Of a DNA stretch of 64,000 bases, positions 37,730 to 48,741 are shown piece by piece (the stretch's first letter is position 1; every line of letters begins with the position of its first letter). The notes under the pieces were generated by a model, which saw only the letters and a program-made list of their open reading frames with translations, was not told where the DNA came from and ran no database searches. The position numbers and the translations under genes were made by a program. The stretch is from positions 50,221,815 through 50,285,814 of the forward strand of contig NC_058368.1 of the NCBI RefSeq assembly GCF_018350175.1, read 5' to 3'. The DNA comes from Felis catus (taxonomy: Eukaryota).

Positions 37730-40310
37730 CAGCCATGACAATAACTGGTACTTGACTACCTCTCCTAACATAAACAACTATCAAGCTAGGCAAATATATA
37801 TGGAGCAACTATTTTCAGATGACGGACGACAGGCAGTAATAGACTGCAATCTCTACAAGAAGGAAAACACATGAGCCAGTGACTACCCCAGATTGCTGAC
37901 TGGAGGCACGTTTAGACCATGGCACAGGAATCTGAAATCCAAGCAAAGCACAACAATCTCACTGCACTGAGGTGGCAGAGTTTGGGGCTGCTAAGGTCAG
38001 AACTTGCAGGGACGGATACCTGGAAGGAGAAAACTGGGCAGAAAAAGAGCTCCATAAATCTGCACATGCAACCCTTGAATCTTTGGCCAAATAGCTGCAT
38101 GTGTAGAGAGAAATTCTGCAAGGCCTGGAAGCAAACAACTACTTAGGGAACTGTGAGCTGACTTGAAATTTTGGAGATCACAGAGTTCAGGGTGGCATTA
38201 AAATTCAGATCAATCAAAATAGATCTTGCTGAAACTTCAGGCATTTAATTGAAACTCCAGAAAGGCCACAACTCAAGATACTTGGCTACTCTGGCTTATG
38301 AAAAGAAGTAGCAAAATGTGCTCTACAATCATTAGATAAAATAATCAATGGCAACAGACCCAGAGATTACAGAGACATTGGAATCAACAGAAAAGAACTT
38401 AAATAGCTATTAGAAACATATTCAGTTATTTAAAGAAAATATTGTCATAATTGGTGAACAGTTGGGTAATCTCAGCAGAGAAATTAGAATTATAAAACAA
38501 GAACTAAATGGAACTGAAAAACATGATGTATATGAAATGGAAAATTACCTGGATGAGTTTAGCAGAAGATTGAATACTGTAGAAGAAAAGATCAGTAAAC
38601 TATCCAAATAGAATCAGAGAAGAAGAGCCTGAGAAAAAGAAAGGGCTTCAGAGATTTTGGGAGCAACATCAGTCAGTGTAGCTTGTGTATAATTGAAGTC
38701 CCTGAAATAAGGAACAGTGAGATTGAAGCAAAAACAAACAAACAAACCAACAAAACCAAGGAAAAAATAATTACCAAAAAATTTCAAGTTTGACCCCAAA
38801 ATTTGAGAACAAGCAATCCTAAAACTATTTTTCAGCATTGTATTGGAGGTATACAGTATATTAACATATAACAAGTAAATCTATCTAGCAAGGTTTCAGA
38901 ATTCAAGATCAATGTATAAAAACCATTGCGTTCCCACATGCAATATAGCAAAAAATAATTGGAAAATGAAATTAAAAGTCAATTCCACTGCCAGTAGCAT
39001 CAAAAATTATAAAATACCTAGGAATAAGTTTGATAAAAGATGTGTAAATTCTCTACGTGAAACATGACAAAACAATGCTGAGAATATAGAAAGACCTAAA
39101 TACATGGAGAAATATGCCACTTATGGATTGAAACTATTACCACTTTCAATAGCATTAAGAATAGTATTAAGAAATCAACTCTTCCCAAATTGTTCCATGG
39201 ATTCAATATGATGCCAGTTAAAATTCAAGCAGGTATGGAAATGTGGACTTAGAGTGGTCAAAACAATTTAAAAAATAAGGAACCTACACTGCTCAATTTC
39301 AAGGTTTATTTTAAATTATAATAATCAAAATATTATTTTTGATGTAAGGATAGGTGAATATCAATAAAACAAACAAACAAAAAAAGTGTGTGAATAGACC
39401 CCACACATATGATGTTATGGTTTTAAAGATGACAAATTCTCAGATACCTCTCTGATCAGGATGTGGGGTTCTCTGGAATCTGGATGGGCCTGTGACTGCT
39501 TTGACCAGAAGAATATGATGGAAGTGACACTGTATCATTTCTGAGAGTAGGCCATGAAAGGTTATGCACCTTCTGCAGTTTCTCTTGGGACATTTCTTTT
39601 GGGAGAAGCCAGTCATTGTGTAAGATTGACTACCCAATGATTGCCATACTGGAGAGGTCAGATGTAGATATTTTAATTGCTACTCTCAGCGGGGCTCACA
39701 GTAGACCGCCAACACTCCAGTCATGTGAGTGTGCTCCATCTAACGCCCAGCTAATTGAGCCTTCAGATTGCTGTAATCCCATGCATCTCAGTGTATTCAT
39801 ATGAGAAACTCCAAGAGCTGCCCAGCAGAGCCTTTCTCAAATTCCTGACCCACCAAATAGTGACCAAACTAAAAGACCTGTTCTAAACCACTCATTTCTG
39901 TGGCAGTTTGTTATGTAGCAGCAGTAATTGGATAATTTAATGGGCAAATGAGAGTCTTTTCAAGAAATGGTGCAGGAACAACTAGATATCTATATGGGAA
40001 AAAAAAGGAACTTCAATTCATACTTCACACCATACATAAAACATTAGTTTGAATTGGAGGATAGACTCTAATGTAAAAGGAAAACATATAGAGCTTCTAG
40101 ATAAGCACATCGAACTATAATTATTCAATGGCATATACTCAGCAATAAGAAAGAAAAATAACCTACTGATAACATGCAACATCGTGGATGTGTCTCAAAA
40201 ACATCATTCTGAGCAAAATAAGCCAGACATGAAACAGGACATACTATATGAACCCATTTACAGGAAATTCTAGGACAGGTAAAACTAATCTATAGTAGCA
40301 GTGAACCATA
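37730..40310 (+). mobile_element. Ancient fragmented L1M (5'/ORF1/ORF2/3' pieces) interrupted by an MLT1 LTR
   Basis: Degenerate ORF2-like stretches ('aaatacctaggaataagtttgataaaagatgtgtaaattctctac', 'aaatggtgcaggaacaactagatatc') and A-rich ORF1-like sequence. Confidence 0.75.
39412..39934 (+). mobile_element. MLT1 (G/H-like) MaLR solo LTR
   Basis: 'gcctgtgactgctttgaccagaagaatatgatggaagtgacactg', 'cccagcagagcc...aattcctgacccac' and end 'gtttgttatgtagcagcagtaattggata'. Confidence 0.75.
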
Positions 40311-41514
40311 GTTGTCTCTGCACAGGGGTGAAATCCTGGCACTGGTGCCCTCTGTTCATGGCAGGTCTCTAACGCCGATTATTTTCTTTCAGGTGCTTTT
40401 GTGGTTTCCACAGAAATACCCCTGTTGGGTTCTCTAATTGTAATTCTCATACTTTGAGTCTAAGCCTCTGTGTATCCAACAGCTCATCCCATACTAACTC
40501 TCTCTTTTGGGTTCTATCATATACTTCGGGAATCGCCTGAGCAAATTCCACTGGAAGGCAGCTCCGGGTCAGTTTCCTTCCCAATGTGGCCCATATCTCA
40601 CTGCAAAAACACTCACAAACCCTTATCCCACCGTGAATTGTAGTTTGTTTCCAGTGTAGGCTTTTACTCTGTAGTCACAAGCTTCAGCTTTTTGCCTCAG
40701 ACTTCTTCCAGCATTGGTCTGACATCTGTCTTTGGACCTCACATATGCTAAGCAATCAAAGTTAGATGCTCTTAGCCATTTGCTAGATGCTTCTGTTACT
40801 TGCCCTTTTTCCCCTCTAGGAAGGGCAGAGAAAATATTATAGCCCTCCATATCTTGTAATTTTTTCGAGTAATTTTTCTCTGCAATCCCTTTAACTTTCA
40901 TCTTTTTTATACCTCAAGAGAGTTGATGAAAAATCATGGCAACACTGATTTCTTAGCATTCACTTTGCAAGTTCTGCAGAGGCGATCATGCCCTGCACTT
41001 TGTAAAGCAGGGGTACTTAGTACCTATTGTTTGCTTTCTCCAGCTTTAGACTAAGGCATAAAGAGTCCAATTTTAACATCTTGTTACAAAAAGGGGTCAT
41101 TTCAATGCCCTGGAAGCTGACCTTTAGCTGACATTCTTGGTGTTCCAAAGCAGAGCACTTTTACTAAATTACTGGCTGCAGAAAATCTGTCAGAAGATTC
41201 AGTTTGTCCACAATTAACATTAATGTCAAGTGTGACAGCTAATTCTATGACGCTTTCAGCAGTGAAAATTCTCTTGTCTCACCAGTCTTTCTGCCACCCA
41301 CAAATAAAAAAAGGCTGACAGTCGGTGGATATAACTAGTTCTTCTCCTCCATTAATTAATTCTCTGTTCTCACATTAGAATTTTATTTATTTTTTTTAAT
41401 TTTTTTTTTTAGAATTTTATTTTTAAATAAAACAAAATCAATGCAGTCAATACTATATGGGATAAGTCACAGTCTCATTGCAGTTAAAAGAAAACTTTAG
41501 TTTATTTTTTGTGT

Positions 41515-41905
41515 TGTTCTTAGCTTTATTGAGGTATAATTGATACACAAAAAATCCACACATGTAATGTATACATCTTGAGAAATTTGGACCTGTGCAT
41601 ATACCTGGGATACCATCACCACAACCAAGATACCAGGAATTTCCTTCACCTCCAAAAGTGTTGTCATATTCTTGTGTGTGTGGGGTGGGGAGTGTGATGG
41701 GAAGAATATGTAACATCAAATGGATCCTCATATTTTACAGTGCATATACTGTATTGTTACTATGGGTACCATGTTATACAGAAATATCTGGAACTTATTC
41801 ACTTTGTATAACTGAAACTTTATACACATTGATAAATAATTCCCTATTTCCCCCTCCCCCCAACACCTGGAAATTATTATTCTATTTTCTGCTTCTATGA
41901 GTTAA
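41515..41905 (-). mobile_element. L1MA/MB-type 3'UTR fragment
   Basis: 'agctttattgaggtataattgatacac...gtataactgaaactttatacac...ctattttctgcttctatgagtt'. Confidence 0.85.
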
Positions 41906-42749
41906 AACTTCTGTCCACTGCTAGCATCTATTGAGATGACAAATACCTGGGATTGAAGTAACATGACCTCCTTGTTAACAAGTTATGCCAGACAAGATGA
42001 TTTAGTCATGGATTTCCTGATAAAAATAGTAACTAGAGTGAAAAGCCAACCAATACCCGAGAGTGTGTACTGACTCTTGTGGGTTTCTTTGTGAAGAATA
42101 GATTTTCTACTGGAAAGTGAAATTTCTTCTTCTTCTTCCTTTCTTTTTATTGATCTCTGTCATTTTTAGTTACAAAATTGGTTCTCTCTTGAGATCTAGT
42201 AATTTCCGTTCTGAAGACAATGATACCAAATTGTGATGTCCCTCTTCCCCTTTTGGCTTGTCCAAAAGCGGCAAGAATGAGAAATGGAAACCTAATATCT
42301 GTCTCCAGTAGAAGTGAGAGATAACATATATTTGGAACAACAAAGCAGGTGAAGTATTATAATGGTGGGGGTGATCTACCCATGGGTGGGGGTGGAATCA
42401 AAGAGATGTCCATGTGAGTAGATCCCAGAAACCTGTGTGCTTTTCTATGGTAGAGTTTCACCTAGAGGATAAAGCTCTTGGAGGAAATTGGGAACAAGGT
42501 TCACGGCTGGCATAGATGTCTTCCCTCTGCTTGGTATTGTTCTGTGAAATGAAGGATAAGACCAAAGGAAGAATTACATAGGTAAAACAATTTGCAAGAA
42601 GCTTTCTGTCCTTGTGATCATGGGTGGAACTCTGGGAGTCTTTACGTTATAAACCTCTCTACAGCTGATGAACTCCACGGCTAGGGAAAAGTAAATTCTC
42701 AAAAAGCTCATAGATACTCCCATGGGACACGAGGAACCACGTCCTGGCT

Positions 42750-43700
42750 CCTTTCCCACATGACCCTCATATATACAATTTGTTCATGAAAAACTTACCT
42801 CATTCAAATGATGGAAAAAAATCATAAATACATACAGTTATTAGTAGAAGAAGAAAAGGAAAACAAGTTGCTGATAGTGAATGCTCACTAGAAATAAATT
42901 GCAGATGAATATTATACCCAGATACTCACCAGTCATTAAAAAAAAAATTAAAGAGGCTATTTCTCTAACACAGAAAAGAGACAAAGCAGAAATATAAGGC
43001 ATCAAGGGGAGCTGGTTGGAGAGTACAAAGATAGACTGTAAGCTGGCAGAGTTCAGGAAAAAGTCAAAGCCAAATAGAAATAAAAAAGAAAGAAAAACTG
43101 CTATAGAACTAAAGCAAAACTATTAGCAGCAAAACAGAAACCAGACATTGATGAAAATACAATAAGGGGCATGATAAAAATGAGCATGCTGAAATAGAAG
43201 CAAAAAGTTAGAAAGAATAGTCAAAAATGATATGCATTAGTTGTGTCCTAAAGAGGAAAAATGGAGATAATGAATCAGAAAAATAGGTGATTTGGTGGAT
43301 GAAAGAAAAATCTACAGTTTGAAAGAGCATGCTATTTCCCGGAAACCTTTTACCCAGAATGATACATGCAAACCTCAAGTAAAAGAGAAAAATTCCAGCC
43401 AAACACAGTAATCTAGACTTAGGCTTCTTCACAGAAAATACTGGGCAGCACTTAAGAATTTCATACCCAGCCAAAATATTATGCCTGTATTAGCATGACA
43501 GACATTTTGTAATATGTTAGAATGCAGGGAATTTTTGACCCCTTCTTTAAAAAACTATGAGAGGATAAACCTCAGCTAATCAGGAGATAAATGGCAAATA
43601 CAGAAAAATGGTGGTGTGCACTGAGTCTATTTCATTGCACAAAAACAAATATGGCCACAGAACACAGTATGAATGGTATAAACCCTGACAAATATTAGAA
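42750..43700 (+). mobile_element. Very old L1/HAL1-like ORF1 remnant
   Basis: A-rich, with ORF1-like end 'agaatttcatacccagccaaaatatt'. Confidence 0.45.
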
Positions 43701-43706
43701 AGGCAT

Positions 43707-44326
43707 GAATGCAAGCTGGTGCAGCCACTCTGGAAACAGTATGGAGGTTCCTCCAAAAACTAAAAATAGAACTACCCTACAACCAGCAATTGCACTACGA
43801 GGCATTTATCCACGGGATACAGGTGTGGTGTTTCGAAGGGACACATGCACCCCCATGTTTATAGCAGCACTATCAACAATAGCCAAAGTATGGAAAGAGA
43901 CCAAATGTCCATCGATGGATGAATGGATAAAGAAGATGTGGTATATATATACAATGGAGTATTACTCGGCAATCAAAAAGAATGAAATCTTGCCATTTGC
44001 AACCACGTGGATGGAACTGGAGGGTATTATGCTAAGTGAGACTAGTCAGTCAGAGAAAGGCAAATATCATAGGACTTCACTCATTTGAGGACTTTAAGAG
44101 ACAAAACAGATGAACATAAGGGAAGGGAAACAAAAATAATATAAAAACAGAGAGGGGGACAAAACAGAAGAGACTCATAAACATGGAGAACAAACTGAGG
44201 GTTACTGGAGGGGTTGTGGGAGGGGGGATGGGCTAACTGGGTAAGGGGCACTAAGGAATCTACTCCTGAAATCATTGTTGCACTATATGCTAACTAATCT
44301 GGATGTAAATTAAAAAAAAAAAAAAA
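43707..44326 (+). mobile_element. Felid L1 3' fragment, near-identical in extent to the 32745 copy
   Basis: ORF2 C-terminus (…DTCTPMFIAALSTIAKVWKETKCPSMDEWIKKMWYIYTMEYYSAIKKNEILPFATTWMELEGIMLSE…) + 3'UTR + A15 tail. Confidence 0.95.
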
Positions 44327-45141
44327 GAAAGAAATCACTCAATAATTGTTTGATTATAGTAACTTAAAAAAAATAAAAGCATGAAGAGACAACAATTTAT
44401 GATCATTTTGTTGGTTTTCTCATCGTTTACAGTGAAGCATTAAAAGATATTCTATAAAGCTGATAAAACAACTGAGAGACATGGAAAAGGGTATGTAGCA
44501 GTGGGACTGGTGTCTCCTTATGAGGAAGAATATTTTATCACTGACATGTATTACTGGTGCAATGTGGGTAATAGTGACCGACTGACTTGTAGTTGGTTTT
44601 ATTTTTGTTTTAAAATTTTCTAGTGAACAATGCGCATTCTTACTGCTAGTACTGGGCACAGGCTGTTCCCGCAGGCTTGTTCTTGGTAATCCTCCAGATA
44701 AAGGCACAAGTATACTTTCCGTTACAAAGGCGAACACTAAAATGATAATATCATCAGCTCAATGGGGCAGCAGAGTAGAGGGAGGTGAAAGGAAAGGAAA
44801 AATATATGGGCTAATTTCATCATTGGTCAAAGCATAAAGTTAATTGGTACTGCAAAAATACACCCCTGTGACTTTGAGTAGGCAAGGATTTATTAAATAA
44901 GGATCCCTGCAGCACAAACCATAAAGGAATGATTTTTAACCTATAATAATTCTAAAAAACCTCTCCTCCTTAAAAGAAACAGAGGATTAAATATATTATG
45001 TAAAGTCATAGATAGGAATGTAATCGCTAGAAAAAAAGTCTTCCAAATTTTTGGAAAAATTCAAATACAAAACTAATGTAAAAAAAAAAAAAGGGCCACA
45101 CAGGGAAAGCTTTTTTAAAAAGGAAAATAAAGAAAGTATAC

Positions 45142-45345
45142 TTTTTTTTAAAGGCTTATTTTTGAGAGAGAGACAGAGTGTGAGCGGGGGAGGAGCAGAG
45201 AGAGAGGGAGACACAGAATCCGAAGCAGGCTCCAGGCTCTGAGCTGTCAGCACAGAGCCGGACGTGGGGCTGGAACTCAGAAACTGTGAGGTCATGACCT
45301 GAGCCAAAGTCGGAAGCTTAACTTACTGAGCCTTCTGGGCACCCC
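45142..45345 (-). mobile_element. Felid Can-SINE
   Basis: Full-length; TSD aagaaagtatactttt / aagaaaatatactttt. Confidence 0.95.
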
Positions 45346-45679
45346 AAGAAAATATACTTTTTTTCTTCAGAAAATGAGATGTTTCTTTCTCTTCCAGATG
45401 TCACGGTCTCTTTACTTCCTGACTCACCTGTCTCATTTTGTTCTTTTCCCCCCTCCACCTCCTGCCTGCAGAAGACATGAAAAAAAAATCACCTTTCGCT
45501 TTTGAAAAGGCTTGTGGTCGGGGGTATGTGCTGGTAGTGGAGCAGAGAAACCCAGGCTTTTATAATCATAACTATCATCAACTGTTACCGTTACTTGGGC
45601 TACCTTTCATTATGCCCAGGAGTTGGTAAGGCTTAGAACAAAAGCCTAGCTGTGAGTGTCACTGAAGGGAGGGTCAGCA

Positions 45680-46080
45680 TGTAGTGAGGCAAGAGCGTAG
45701 GTTCTGGAGAATGGTTCTTTTGAATTTAAAATGTAGCTTTGCCATTTACTCTCCGTGCAGCCTCCTCACTTCTCCAGGCTTGGCTTCATCCTTTCGAATA
45801 TTGGAATAAGATACACTTGGCAGAGCTCTCATATAGGTAATAACAAGTAACGTTTGTGCCAAGATTTTTAAAGCATCTTACCTTGTGTTAACTCATTAAA
45901 TTCTCACACTTATTTGATGAGGCAGGTACTGCTATCATTCCCATTTTACAGATAAATAAACTGATGTGTGGGAGCATGAAGCTGCTAATTCAAAGCCACA
46001 CAACTAGCTAATGGAGAAACTGGGATTATGAGCCGAGGCAGACTGATTCTAAGGCCTGTGTCCTTAACCTCTTTGTGCTA
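45680..46080. mobile_element. Two adjacent MIRs in opposite orientation (+ ~45680-45830, - ~45835-46080)
   Basis: 'gcatgtagtgaggcaagagcgtaggttctggag' head and antisense core 'cccattttacagataaataaactga'. Confidence 0.65.
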
Positions 46081-48109
46081 TCGCCTGTTGAATTCACAGG
46101 ATTAGAGGTAAAATGTGTTGTGTGTCTCACAACAGTTAGTAGGTGTGAAAGAATAAAACGGATCCCAAGGTGAGCTGGCCTCATCGGTGTTTCAGGTCAG
46201 GGCATGGCTGGGGTTCAAACCACCATGAGAAGCAGTTGAAATTTCAGGAAAAATGAAGAGACAGGAGGCTAGTGGACATTCTGGATAAGTAGTAGTTCAC
46301 CTTTGGAAGCTGGAACAACGAGCAGAAAGTTTGGAGCAGATTGTCCCTGGCAACAGCAGAGTTACTCCTAAAGAAGAGAAGGTGTCAGTCTTGAAAAAGG
46401 CTCCGAGGGAGGAGCCTGGAATATCCTGGGGAATGGCTGTAAAGCCATTTTGTGGGGCACCAGGCAGATTGAAGGGCTTCTGTTACTCTCTGGAAACTCA
46501 AGGGGTGTCAGTCGGTTCGTCTATAATGAGTGCAGTTAACAGTCGTTGATCTCAAGGTGAAAGTTTCAGTGCTTCATCAGTGAGGAGAATAGATCAGCTC
46601 CCTGACTACAGTAAAAAGAGTGGGAGTATGCCCACAAACTCATGCTCACACACGTATATACACATTCACATGCTTGCATACCTACACACACACACACACA
46701 CACACCCATGACCTTTTCAGGCTGTGAGTCCCAAAGTCCTCCAATCTATTTAATTGACTTCTGTCTGAGGTGAAAACTCCATTGATCTGCCCGAGTGGAC
46801 ACCTCCTTCTCTCTGTGTGAATTCTGCCTTTCAAAGAGAGATTGCAAAGTTCTACAGGGACCACAGGAGCTGACTTGAAATGGAAAGCAAATGTTCAGAA
46901 GAAAGGAAGTTACTAAATGCATCACACCTTGAATGCAAAGGCCTCTTTTTGACTTTGGAGATAGAGCCCTTTAATCCCCTCCCTCTGCCTCAGCCCAGAG
47001 CCCAGGTGCTTGCTGGTGGCACATCCATCTGGCTGTGGGCAGGGAGCAAAGACCTTGGCCTTCCTGTGCCTCCAGTTTTTCAAAGCTTCCCAGAAGGAAA
47101 AGAGCCTTTTTCAGTCCTGCAGAGCATGAGCCATTCCCTTCGCCTCATTCTCTGCTGCCATCCATCATCTCTTGATGTTACGACTCTTGATTTCCAAAGT
47201 CCAAGTAACTTATTTGTGTTGCTCAGGCACTACTGTGTCCCTACACGGTGACAGCAGTTATTGTACTATTTGCCAAAAATATTTATCTCCAGTCACGCTG
47301 CCTTGCTGAGCTGGCGAAACAGATGCATTCATAATGCCTGCTTTATGCGAGGAGGCTCTTTGCTCTTTGGCTCTCACAGAGACTAACCCGGCAGGGGTGC
47401 GAGGCCAGACCAGCTGAAGGGAAAGATTCGGGGTTCCTTCCCCACCTGGCATCCCAAATGTGCAGGCAGACGGGAGCACAGCCGCTTCTGGGCACTAAGG
47501 GGATGCAGGCTCATGACCACCCCCACTGGCCTCCACTCCTCTGTTTTCCTTAAGACAGCGGATGGGAGGGAGTTGTTAAAAGACTGTCCTGTGCCGCCAG
47601 AGCCCATAGGGAGGCGCAGCATTTTGCCTTAATTACTCTGTGCACCACCGTGCTGTTTAGCAGGGACGCTTGGCTATTTGGATGAAATGAGACCCCCAAT
47701 TTAAAGCCACATGGGCATGAAATTGTGTGCTAACTGGGCCACGGGATTGCAGATAGACCCTGCCACCTCTGTTCCTCAGGCCACCAGAGGAAGATGCTAC
47801 TGATATTCCAGGGTTGTTTCTGGAGTCTGAGTTAGAAAAGCTCTAAAATACAATGTCATGGTTAAACTGAAAACCTTGAAAACCTTGGTAAGAGGAGGCC
47901 AGTGGGTACCGGCAGGGCTTGGACCCTTCCAAATGTTTCTGTGCAGTTGGCAATATTTCTTTTTCAGGTGACGGTGAATGTATTGTAAGTGTGGGTGAAG
48001 CAGATGTGTCCTGTTTTTAAATAGCTGTGATTTAAGAAATGTAGAGATAAAGAAGGAAATGAATTAAATCAAGTAAATAAAAAAATCAATCAGATGAGAT
48101 TGGATCTGT

Positions 48110-48480
48110 GCAGAGTGCTATGTATTGCATGATTCCACTTATATGAGGTATCCGTAGTAGTCAAGTTCATAGAATCAAAAAGTGAAATGGTGGTTTCCAG
48201 AGCTGGGGGTGGGGCAGGGGTGGTGGTGGAGAAACTGGGGAGTTGCTAAATCAACTGGCTTTAAACTGTAAGATTTCAGTCTGGCAAGATGACAAAGTTC
48301 TAGAGATCTGCTGTACAACGTTGTGCCCATAGTCTACCATAGTGTGTTGTATACTTAGAAACTTGGTAAGGGGACACATTTCATGTGCTTTTACTAAAAT
48401 AAAATAAAATAAAATAAAATAAAATAAAATAAAATAAAATAAAATAAAATAAAAATAATAAAACCAAATATAAAATAAAA
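48110..48480 (+). mobile_element. L1MA/MB 3' end whose tail has expanded into (AAAAT)n (~48395-48480)
   Basis: 'gcatgattccacttatatgaggtatc...gtagtcaagttcatagaatc...aagttctagagatctgctgtacaac'. Confidence 0.85.
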
Positions 48481-48484
48481 ATCT

Positions 48485-48741
48485 GAGAAGCCTGGGTGGC
48501 TCAGTTGGTTGAGCTTCTGACTTCGGCTCAGGTCGTGATCTTGCACTTTGTGAGTTCGAGCCCCGTGTTGGGTTTCTGTGCTGACAGCTCAGAGCCTGGA
48601 GCCTGCTTCAGATTCAGTGTCTCCCTCTCTCTCTGCCCCTCCCGCGCTCACGCTCTGTCTCTCTCTCTCTCTCAAAAACAAATAAACTTAAAAATAAAAT
48701 AAAATAAAATAAAATAAAATAAAATAAAATATAAAAAAAAA
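48485..48741 (+). mobile_element. Felid Can-SINE with (AAAAT)n tail
   Basis: SINEC_Fc body; flanks aatctgagaa / aatctaagaa. Confidence 0.92.

Noticed and set aside
32897..44088. L1 ORF2-like ORFs as functional genes
   Set aside because: 5'-truncated, frameshifted retrotransposon fragments lacking the endonuclease and RT domains
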